Below, one piece after another: positions 17,544 through 24,477 of a DNA stretch of 64,000 nt (position 1 is its first letter; the number at the start of each line of letters is the position of its first letter). The position numbers and the translations under genes are program-made. This stretch comes from a virus (lineage: Duplodnaviria; Caudoviricetes), in IMG/VR virus record IMGVR_UViG_3300028591_000168, positions 1 to 64,000 of that record; one strand, 5' to 3'. Below the pieces are notes generated by a model. That model saw only the letters and a program-made list of their open reading frames with translations, was not told the DNA's origin and ran no database searches.

Positions 17544-18047
17544 TCAGCAGTCATACATTTGACGGACAAGAGACACCAAACCTTCAGTGCCCTTTTTTGC
17601 GTATTCCCTCCGAAGATCAGACGCAGATAGCCTTGAGAAGTAATGGTCCGTGTATACGGTGCCATAACTTTCTCCGAAAGCTCGTGCATCTAGCTCGAGA
17701 AGAGAATACCGGTATACAAGGTATCCTTGAGTTGTCGGCTCGTGGTCACAGTATTCACGACATTGGCTCAAGTAGAAGTCGTGAATTGCTTGGAGCCGAC
17801 TGTCAGACTTTGCTTCTTTCTCTCTTAGCAAGTGACAGTACTCATGGCACAACGCTTGAATACCGTAAGCCATGTCAGGAATGTTGTTCAAATCCATTAT
17901 GATCAAGTTAGGACTCTGAACTGCTGACACAGCTTTTGCAAAGTCGCCGTCAAAAAACACTCTAACTTTGAGAAGATATCTGTTCTCAAGCTCTTGTTGG
18001 GCCATCTTACAGATATCTTTAAAGTTGGAATGTAAAGTTTTTACCAT
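17544..18047 (-). CDS. HExxH zincin-like metallopeptidase paralogue 2 (167 aa)
   Basis: HEYCHLLR...LLELDARAF; GGAGGTG RBS. Confidence 0.7.
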   Translation of the reverse strand: MVKTLHSNFKDICKMAQQELENRYLLKVRVFFDGDFAKAVSAVQSPNLIIMDLNNIPDMAYGIQALCHEYCHLLREKEAKSDSRLQAIHDFYLSQCREYCDHEPTTQGYLVYRYSLLELDARAFGESYGTVYTDHYFSRLSASDLRREYAKKGTEGLVSLVRQMYDC

Positions 18048-18073
18048 AGGCAACACCTCCACAAAAGATAAAG

Positions 18074-18100
18074 GAGCAGTTTATTGTCATGCTCAGGACA
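18074..18100 (-). ncRNA. H-type pseudoknot motif, copy 5
   Basis: UGUC/GACA (compensatory), GAGCA/UGCUC. Confidence 0.6.
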
Positions 18101-18110
18101 CGTCAAGAAG

Positions 18111-18728
18111 TTACCAGTGTAATCCAAGCCTATCTATCTGAGATTGAGAAATCTCGTCATGGTAGTCTTGGTTTATCTTCTTCCGAATATCTTCCAGTTC
18201 ATCCGGTGCTAGCGGTTCTTCGGCCAGCCACGACAGAAGAACTGAAAAGCATGTGCATATCCCTTGAGTCTGAAGAAGGTGCTTGTACTCTTGTACCCGT
18301 TCTTCGACCGATAGGGGTTTCGGAAGATTTGTGGCCATATCCCGTGTTTCAGATTCGAAGTGACGAGCTCCGATTTCTACAGGATTTAGCCAGTAAAGGA
18401 GATAGGCGATACCTTCAGTATGGTCACCGAGATAAGACATAAATTCTTGTGACCTTTGCATAGCTTCAGGTATTGTTTTCCATTGTACAGCGTGCCAGAA
18501 TTCATGACGTGCTTTGCTGATTACCTGTTCCTTACTAACAAAGTTTTTGTAGTAAAGAACTATAGTGTTATCATCATGTCTGTAAAGTCCACGTCTAAAA
18601 CTTGCAAGATAGTTTAGCTCCAACTTAACGTCATAGCTATATCGTGAGTTTAACATGGTTACAGTTTTTGTCGCTGCATTTTTGAAAACAGATTGTTCTA
18701 TTCCCCTTACTTTCGGCATTAACGCCAT
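18111..18728 (-). CDS. HExxH zincin-like metallopeptidase paralogue 3 (205 aa)
   Basis: HEFWHAVQ...NPVEIGAR; GAGGTG RBS. Confidence 0.7.
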   Translation of the reverse strand: MALMPKVRGIEQSVFKNAATKTVTMLNSRYSYDVKLELNYLASFRRGLYRHDDNTIVLYYKNFVSKEQVISKARHEFWHAVQWKTIPEAMQRSQEFMSYLGDHTEGIAYLLYWLNPVEIGARHFESETRDMATNLPKPLSVEERVQEYKHLLQTQGICTCFSVLLSWLAEEPLAPDELEDIRKKINQDYHDEISQSQIDRLGLHW

Positions 18729-18756
18729 AGGCATCACCTCTGATAAAAAGATAAAG

Positions 18757-18784
18757 GAGTAGTTTAACGTCATGCTCAGGACGC
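18757..18784 (-). ncRNA. H-type pseudoknot motif, copy 6
   Basis: GCGUC/GACGU; S2 has one mismatch. Confidence 0.55.
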
Positions 18785-18790
18785 AAGAAG

Positions 18791-19540
18791 TTATCGTGAA
18801 TGACGCTGAACGAATAGCGACAGAAACAGAGAGATATCGTCGATACCGTTACTGCGCAATGTTTCCTGCAGTGCCGATACCGACGCTTTCAGTGTTTCAG
18901 AAAGTTTATCTCTTGTCTGTCCCGACGTCTTGGTGGTTGCACCTGTCGGGCTGCAGAGTCGCTGATACTCTGCTAACAGACTTTCCTGTCGATTGTTCAG
19001 CTCGTAACCGGGATATTGCTGCAGTAGAGCAACAGCTAGAAGAGGATGTGATATCAACTCTTCAAGTGGACACGGACTTCCTGTTAACCAAGGATCAACA
19101 GCGGCATCTGTTAGAATCCCTGTCAGTTCAAAGACACGCGCTTCAATCTCTAGTGGATTCAACAGCGTGTTATGAACTGCCAATAGGAAGCGTCCAGCTC
19201 CCGGTTTTTGACGTATTCGCCGATATAACACCTTGTTTAGCAAGAAACGACGAACGTGCACTGCCTCGTGACGAATATCGTTTTTGGCAGTTAGTCTCTT
19301 GCCAGGTGTATACCGACGAATTAGGACACGAAATTGTTCGTAGTCAAACGCAGCCAGAAGCTGCAGTTCGTCCTGATCTTCAAGAATGTCTTCGATATCT
19401 GGTAGTTGAGCAAACTCTACCTTCGTTGATATCAAAGCCTCCTGAAGCCAAGCTTGACATTGAACAATGTACGCGTTACGCTTGTCTTCGTCTAGAAAAC
19501 GACGAAGACTACGATAAACTTCTTGATCGGTTAGTGCCAT
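18791..19540 (-). CDS. HExxH zincin-like metallopeptidase paralogue 4 (249 aa)
   Basis: HEAVHVRR...NPLEIEARVF; GGAAAGGA RBS. Confidence 0.7.
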   Translation of the reverse strand: MALTDQEVYRSLRRFLDEDKRNAYIVQCQAWLQEALISTKVEFAQLPDIEDILEDQDELQLLAAFDYEQFRVLIRRYTPGKRLTAKNDIRHEAVHVRRFLLNKVLYRRIRQKPGAGRFLLAVHNTLLNPLEIEARVFELTGILTDAAVDPWLTGSPCPLEELISHPLLAVALLQQYPGYELNNRQESLLAEYQRLCSPTGATTKTSGQTRDKLSETLKASVSALQETLRSNGIDDISLFLSLFVQRHSR

Positions 19541-19568
19541 AGGCATCATCCTTTCCTTGTAAAGGAGA

Positions 19569-20090
19569 TTAGTAGACCGGAGACTCGACCTCCTTGTAAG
19601 GAACGCCGAGTTTGTCGGCAATAGCCTTGACATACCTCCTTTCTGTTGTCGTTGCGCTGGCGTTGCACCAGCAACCGACTATTTTGAAGTCACGGCACCA
19701 CGCTTCATGATACCGACCGTCGTCGTACGGCGCGACGCTGGTTTTGTCGACGATCAAGCTGCTGCGCAGCCAACTGTTCGTATAGTCGAACAGTCGACCG
19801 CCGACAGCTGACGCTGCGTCCACGTAGCTCTCGATATCTTCGTTTGCGATTAGGGTGATATCTCCCTTGACGAAGACACCGAAGCTGCCGATCTCCTCAC
19901 CGGGCAAGGAGCAGCAGATATCCCTGCCGGCTTTGGCAACTTTGAGCAACCTTGAGAACGTGTCGACTATGCTGGCGCCCAGCGCCTTAGCACTGAACGC
20001 CTTCAAGCCATGCGCAAGCGTGATACCCTGCAGTGCTGTGCAAGGTTTGACACTTGTCAGAAATGTTTCGAACTTCTTGTTAATCTTCAT
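19569..20090 (-). CDS. stand-alone predicted ART-like domain protein (173 aa)
   Basis: AHGLKAF...ICCS...GSFGV...DIES...YHEAW...GCW; AGGAGG RBS. Confidence 0.7.
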   Translation of the reverse strand: MKINKKFETFLTSVKPCTALQGITLAHGLKAFSAKALGASIVDTFSRLLKVAKAGRDICCSLPGEEIGSFGVFVKGDITLIANEDIESYVDAASAVGGRLFDYTNSWLRSSLIVDKTSVAPYDDGRYHEAWCRDFKIVGCWCNASATTTERRYVKAIADKLGVPYKEVESPVY

Positions 20091-20181
20091 AGTGAATTCC
20101 TCCTAAAACAAAGTGTTAATAACGGCTTTATGTAAACACTGTGATATCAACAACGGCTTTGAAGATATCTCAGTGGAATTG

Positions 20182-20210
20182 TTGACAAAGAAAAAGCCTT
20201 ATGGTATAAT
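20182..20210 (+). promoter_or_regulatory. consensus extended sigmaA promoter, antisense to the 36-aa peptide genes
   Basis: TTGACA-17-TATAAT with TG at -15/-14. Confidence 0.8.
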
Positions 20211-20315
20211 AAGGCTAAAGTTGAACAGCAAGATTCTCTCTAGTCTTATCTTGCTACAGCTGTTGTACTCTTAGGTAGCTGAAAGTATAGGCAAAAATAT
20301 CGTATGTATGGTAAG

Positions 20316-20426
20316 TTAACTGCCAAGCAACATTTTGGTAAGACAATCTGCGAAGTAGTACAGAATGTCAAACCAGACATCGATGGCGTTGATAACTGTG
20401 GCAATGTCTACCATTAACTTCCACAC
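20316..20426 (-). CDS. small hydrophobic peptide, family W, copy 1 (36 aa)
   Basis: AAGGAGG RBS, GTG; MWKLMVDIATVINAIDVWFDILYYFADCLTKMLLGS*. Confidence 0.8.
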   Translation of the reverse strand: MWKLMVDIATVINAIDVWFDILYYFADCLTKMLLGS

Positions 20427-20705
20427 AACGAACAGCCTCCTTTCTGACAAGCTAAGAGAACAATCTCTCTTGTTACAGCAAGAGACCCTGCACAAAGCAT
20501 TAGTAAGCATCTTAGCAATAAGGTGCTTACTATCGCTTTGTACAAAGGAATGTTTGCTAATGTCTTGTGCAAAAAGGTTTAACGGGGCTTCAGAGTGTTC
20601 CGAAGCCCCGAACAGCAAGCAGGATTATCTGTATCTTATCCTGCCAAACCAAGGTACTCTTAAAAAGCTCAAGGTATAGTAAGATTATCTGACGTATAAT
20701 GAAAG

Positions 20706-20816
20706 TTAATTGCCAAGTAACATTTTGGTAAGACAATCTGCAATGGCATACAGAATGTCAAACCAAGTCGTAATGGCGTTGGTAAGAGTTGCTGCTTCGA
20801 TTATCAACTTCCACAT
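20706..20816 (-). CDS. small hydrophobic peptide, family W, copy 2 (36 aa)
   Basis: AAGGAGGT RBS; MWKLIIEAATLTNAITTWFDILYAIADCLTKMLLGN*. Confidence 0.8.
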   Translation of the reverse strand: MWKLIIEAATLTNAITTWFDILYAIADCLTKMLLGN

Positions 20817-20950
20817 ACGAAAGAACCTCCTTCCCCTTACTTTTGTTAAGAGTATCAATCTCTCACACTGTCACTGTGAGACCCTGCACAAGGCATTAGC
20901 AAACATTCTGCCAAGAAAGTGCTTGATAGCGGTTTGTACAAAAAAAACAC

Positions 20951-20978
20951 AAAAGCCCTCCAAAACAGAGGGCTTTTA
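20951..20978. terminator. bidirectional terminator-like hairpin
   Basis: AAAAGCCCTC CAAAACA GAGGGCTTTT. Confidence 0.7.
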
Positions 20979-20996
20979 GTGTCTGAAAAGGAGGAG

Positions 20997-21025
20997 GAGC
21001 AGTTTAACGTCATGTGTTCAGGACA
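20997..21025 (-). ncRNA. H-type pseudoknot motif, copy 7 (degenerate S2)
   Basis: UGUC/GACG-UUAAAC-UGCUC, 3 nt after the stop at 21028. Confidence 0.45.
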
Positions 21026-21027
21026 AA

Positions 21028-22785
21028 TCAGAATGGCACATCGTCGAGGTCAATAGGCTCGCCACCCCAATCGTCGTCGTCTGTGTCATAGGAGGATATA
21101 TCGTCCTTTTCGCCACTGTTCTCGCCACTGTAATGTTGTTGCCTGTTCTTGTGCCACACCTGTCTTTCTTGTGACTTGGCTTGTTGCATCCAAATACCCA
21201 AAGGCGTGTACCAGCACAAGGACGCCTCCTCGTCTTCAGGACTAAGAGGTATCTCAATGCCGAACATATCAAGCATCGAGTCGTAGTCAAACTTAATACT
21301 GCAGCGAAGTTTGTCGAAGAATTGCTTGACGTCTTCCCCCTGTTGCTCCCTGCAGAATCCTGCGGCGTACAGATACCACAGGAATTCGTAAGTGTCACTG
21401 CAGCAAAAATATCCTTTGTCCACAATGTCACTTACGAATTTATTAACGGGGGTCCACCTATTTTTCTCGGCGTCAACAACGTAGCATTGCTTGTCAAGAA
21501 ATTCAGCGAACTCCCATATGTTTATAACAAAATGGGGGTGCTCTACTGCAAACTGTCTTTCGATCCAAAATGCAGTAATTTTATGTTTGTCAAAGCAAAC
21601 GAATGACTCCGTGTACTTGTCGTCGTCTGCTTTATTTCTTTTGACAGCCTTTTTGAAGGCTTTTAAGGTTTTGCACCCTGAGCTTTCGTCAAAGGCGTGT
21701 GCTACCCTGTCTTCAAATTGAACTGAAGAACTGACGTCGTGTGAGAATGACGCCTTAATAACAGGGTATTTTAACACAATGCCGAAGCCGCCTAAAAACT
21801 TATTGCGCTCTGTTGCACAAATTTGGGCGTTTGTCGGCAGATTGTTCAGCTCTTCTAACCGAGTATACAATCCGCCCAACGACCTGTCGCACTGGTTAAA
21901 TGCCCACAGCCCGTGATTAACAATAATTCTGTCACGACGCCCGTCAAGGCCGGAACCTATTTCTTCCGTCCTGCAGAGCTCACACTTCTCGTCCCTGATT
22001 ATGCTCTTGGTGACGTAGAAGCGGTCTTCTGTCGTGGTTAACGTATACACCGTCTTAACAGGCCTTGTTAAAGACGGTGTCTCCGCATTCCACGGAGCTT
22101 TGGTTTTGCGACCGCAAATGGGACATACAACTTCTTCTTTTAAGAAGCCGTAATCTTCTAAGTCTTGATCGTCGCAGGTGCACTTCCATTGCCACTTATA
22201 ATAACCATTGGAGACGTTGCTTATTGCACGCAACAGTTCTTCTTGGGTGAACCGTATATCGTGTGTTTCCATAACTGGCAGTGACACGCCGTAGTTTAGC
22301 GCGATTTCGCACTGCCACGCTGACGTCACCCCGTTAACCGTTTCAGGAGGATAGCTTTTTACCAGGGTGGCGTTCTTTGTTAACCACTCAAGATCCTCCG
22401 CCGTCTTGACATAAAAATGCCACGGCGTGGTGCCTTTTGCGGTATAGCAATACACCACAGCCGGCAGATCGTCTGCCATTGCCATGAACCTGTTGTCCCT
22501 TTCAGGCACAGGCCATTTATCGTGCTTACTGCACACGGCAAGCTCTTCGTTGAGAGCAGTTTCGTATGCCGCCAGCGCGGCCTTGACAGCTTTGCGCGCC
22601 TTTCTTGCAAGGCGAGCTGCGGCGCGAGCCTTTTCTGCGGCACGACGAGCCGCCTTTTTAGCTTCGACAGCACGACGTTTTTCAGCCTTTTTGGCCTCAG
22701 CGGCGCACATTGTCACAAACTCGTCGATAGTGACTTTCTTAGCTGCCAGCGCAGCTTGAATTTTGGACTTCAGATTAATCAACAT
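21028..22785 (-). CDS. 585-aa protein: Ala/Lys-rich N-terminus, Cys zinc-ribbon, predicted ART-like domain
   Basis: KCTC/CPICGR/CELC; NHGLWAF...ICAT...GGFGI...DVSS...YTE...FW. Confidence 0.75.
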   Translation of the reverse strand: MLINLKSKIQAALAAKKVTIDEFVTMCAAEAKKAEKRRAVEAKKAARRAAEKARAAARLARKARKAVKAALAAYETALNEELAVCSKHDKWPVPERDNRFMAMADDLPAVVYCYTAKGTTPWHFYVKTAEDLEWLTKNATLVKSYPPETVNGVTSAWQCEIALNYGVSLPVMETHDIRFTQEELLRAISNVSNGYYKWQWKCTCDDQDLEDYGFLKEEVVCPICGRKTKAPWNAETPSLTRPVKTVYTLTTTEDRFYVTKSIIRDEKCELCRTEEIGSGLDGRRDRIIVNHGLWAFNQCDRSLGGLYTRLEELNNLPTNAQICATERNKFLGGFGIVLKYPVIKASFSHDVSSSVQFEDRVAHAFDESSGCKTLKAFKKAVKRNKADDDKYTESFVCFDKHKITAFWIERQFAVEHPHFVINIWEFAEFLDKQCYVVDAEKNRWTPVNKFVSDIVDKGYFCCSDTYEFLWYLYAAGFCREQQGEDVKQFFDKLRCSIKFDYDSMLDMFGIEIPLSPEDEEASLCWYTPLGIWMQQAKSQERQVWHKNRQQHYSGENSGEKDDISSYDTDDDDWGGEPIDLDDVPF

Positions 22786-22879
22786 GATAAGCCCTCCTTA
22801 GAGCTATGGACAAAAAAGTTAACAACGGCTTTATGTAAACACAACTGTCGTTATTAACGCGACAGTGTGGTTGAACAGT

Positions 22880-22942
22880 TTTTCCCGTCTGCGTTTACAG
22901 AGGCTTCGGACTCTTAACCGTTAGGTTAGCCGCATTAGAAAA
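22880..22942 (-). ncRNA. twister ribozyme B
   Basis: UUUUC-UAA-UGC-GGC-UAACC/GGUUA-AGAGUCCGAAGCCUCU-GUAAAC-GCA-GACGG-GAAAA; predicted cleavage 22937/22936. Confidence 0.88.
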
Positions 22943-22948
22943 TAGATC

Positions 22949-22977
22949 TTGACATTTGTGATATCAAGATCTATAAT
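22949..22977 (+). promoter_or_regulatory. consensus sigmaA promoter, antisense to the 41-aa peptide gene
   Basis: TTGACA-17-TATAAT. Confidence 0.8.
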
Positions 22978-23051
22978 GTCAGATAAGTTCTGACAAACTT
23001 CTGCGATTATTACGTTCTCGAGAAAGAAACAGAAAGGCATGCTAGCCAGAA

Positions 23052-23177
23052 TTAACCGAAAACTGCGTGAGCTATTGCGTAAGCAATAACACTTTCGACA
23101 ATTCTAGATATCTTAACCTCAGACAAAGTTTTTTGCACAAACTTGCCTAAAGTTTTAAGAATCTTTTTAGCTTTCAT
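23052..23177 (-). CDS. small cationic/hydrophobic peptide, family K, copy 1 (41 aa)
   Basis: GAAAGGA RBS; MKAKKILKTLGKFVQKTLSEVKISRIVESVIAYAIAHAVFG*. Confidence 0.75.
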   Translation of the reverse strand: MKAKKILKTLGKFVQKTLSEVKISRIVESVIAYAIAHAVFG

Positions 23178-23201
23178 GCCGTTTTTCCACTTCCTTTCAT
23201 T

Positions 23202-23244
23202 AAACAATGTCAGTTATTGTCGTGAGGAATAACTGACATTGTTT
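23202..23244. terminator. 17-bp perfect-stem hairpin, likely terminator of the + antisense RNA
   Basis: AAACAATGTCAGTTATT GTCGTGAGG AATAACTGACATTGTTT. Confidence 0.65.
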
Positions 23245-23247
23245 CTT

Positions 23248-23308
23248 GTTTTCTCTCTGCGTTAGGGGCTTGAGACCCTCTGCTCTAAGAGTAGGCCGCA
23301 TTAGAAGA
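23248..23308 (-). ncRNA. twister ribozyme C (weak P1)
   Basis: UAA-UGC-GGC-[P3]-AGGGUCUCAAGCCCC-UAAC-GCA-GAGAG; T1 CU/AG compensatory; predicted cleavage 23303/23302. Confidence 0.78.
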
Positions 23309-23314
23309 TAAGCC

Positions 23315-23343
23315 TTGACATAAAAGACGTCAAAGCTTATAAT
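23315..23343 (+). promoter_or_regulatory. consensus sigmaA promoter, antisense to the 35-aa peptide gene
   Basis: TTGACA-17-TATAAT. Confidence 0.8.
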
Positions 23344-23414
23344 GTCACGTAAGTCCTGACATTTCAGACTTCAAAGATTGGTTTCGCTTTCTTTGATAAG
23401 CGTTTTACTGTTGA

Positions 23415-23476
23415 GTCACATTGACAGTAACGAAACAACGCCGTTTCCGTACCCTTGACCCTGGGCACTCTTATCA
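23415..23476 (-). ncRNA. unidentified conserved structured RNA motif, copy 1
   Basis: Paralogue at 24021-24083 with compensatory stem changes around a conserved AAACAACG (+) loop. Confidence 0.45.
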
Positions 23477-23543
23477 ATTGTTTGTGCTGTAATCACAAAC
23501 TTACCAAGAGAGAAACGGAACAGGTATGACTAAGATAAGTTCA

Positions 23544-23651
23544 TTAACCGATGATATAGTGCAAGATAAGACCTGCAATTACCATTTCGGCAATGTTCTT
23601 AACGCTAAGGCTTTTAATGTGGTTAACCAAAGCGTTTACGATCTTTTTCAT
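23544..23651 (-). CDS. small peptide, family K, copy 2 (35 aa)
   Basis: GGGAGGT RBS; MKKIVNALVNHIKSLSVKNIAEMVIAGLILHYIIG*; shares I.E.VIA..I.H...G* with the 41-aa peptide. Confidence 0.75.
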   Translation of the reverse strand: MKKIVNALVNHIKSLSVKNIAEMVIAGLILHYIIG

Positions 23652-23726
23652 ACCTTGTGCACCTCCCTACAAAAAAGAGATATCTTTTATTGTTGTTACA
23701 GTCAACAGAAGATATCTCTTTTTGTC

Positions 23727-23793
23727 TCTTCCCTTCCACAGTTTATAGAGGCTTAGGACTCTCAACTACGCTATAGTTGGCCGTGTTAGAAGA
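23727..23793 (-). ncRNA. twister ribozyme D
   Basis: UCUUC-UAA-CAC-GGC-CAACUA/UAGUUG-AGAGUCCUAAGCCUCU-AUAAACU-GUG-GAAGG-GAAGA; predicted cleavage 23788/23787. Confidence 0.9.
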
Positions 23794-23799
23794 TAAGCC

Positions 23800-23828
23800 T
23801 TGACAAACGCTTCTATAAACCGTATAAT
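23800..23828 (+). promoter_or_regulatory. consensus sigmaA promoter, antisense to the 38-aa peptide gene
   Basis: TTGACA-17-TATAAT. Confidence 0.8.
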
Positions 23829-24020
23829 GTGCAAGAATCGTGGATGCCACGAGGATAGCTCGGTAATAAAGCATATAGAACATGTTAATCCCGAGAATCT
23901 TGCAATTAAAGTTGTAAGAAGCATAGAAACAAGATATCAAGGCTTATAATGTCACATAAGTCCTGACATTACAGACTCCTGCAACAGTTATGTTCTTGCA
24001 GGTAAACAAACATAGTTGCA

Positions 24021-24083
24021 GTCACGTTGGCTATGTTAGAAACAACGCTACTTCCGTACCCTTAAGGCGGGGCATCCTTATCA
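24021..24083 (-). ncRNA. unidentified conserved structured RNA motif, copy 2
   Basis: See 23415-23476. Confidence 0.45.
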
Positions 24084-24134
24084 CTGCTGTCACAAAGGCA
24101 GCCACCAAGGAAGAAGTAGAAGCCGTAAAGAAGG

Positions 24135-24251
24135 TTAGAAGTTGTTCATAAAGAAGTTAACAATTTGCCATATCCACCTAATGACGGTTAAGGGATTTTT
24201 CTTGGCAAAAGTTATAGCTTTACGAAGATACTTTTTAAGCTTCTTCTTCAC
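24135..24251 (-). CDS. small cationic amphipathic peptide (38 aa, GTG start)
   Basis: AGGAGGTG RBS; MKKKLKKYLRKAITFAKKNPLTVIRWIWQIVNFFMNNF*. Confidence 0.75.
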   Translation of the reverse strand: MKKKLKKYLRKAITFAKKNPLTVIRWIWQIVNFFMNNF

Positions 24252-24382
24252 GGTATGTTCACCTCCTAGAGAGTGTGACAGTGATAATAACGGTTGTATA
24301 GCACAAAAAGGCCTTAGCATTCCTCGACTTGATCAGTTCACAGTACTGACAGAATGCTAAGGTTCTTTTTGTTTGTTGGGTC

Positions 24383-24455
24383 TTTTTCCCTCTGCGTTAG
24401 TGGCTTGGGACACTCTACCCTTGACGATAACAACAGGGCAGGCCGCATTAAAAAA
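24383..24455 (-). ncRNA. twister ribozyme E
   Basis: UUUUU-UAA-UGC-GGC-[P3]-AGUGUCCCAAGCCACU-AAC-GCA-GAGGG-AAAAA; predicted cleavage 24450/24449. Confidence 0.88.
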
Positions 24456-24477
24456 GGGCCTCAAATGAGGCCCAAAA
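24451..24477. terminator. terminator hairpin whose U-tract doubles as the P1 strand of twister E
   Basis: GGGCCTC AAAT GAGGCCC flanked by A/T runs. Confidence 0.7.

Noticed and set aside
16830-19542. + strand ORFs starting MLRT (16830, 18089, 18772)
   Set aside because: The shared start is simply the reverse complement of the pseudoknot motif; no RBS, and they are antisense to the HExxH genes
23440-23480. Hammerhead ribozyme (UGAUAAG...GGAAAC on -)
   Set aside because: The core deviates from CUGANGA/GAAA in both copies, and stems I and III cannot be formed
23468-23540. SAM-I riboswitch (CTCTTATC...GATAAG)
   Set aside because: Only the P1-like ends match; the kink-turn, P3 GCAAC and pseudoknot core are absent
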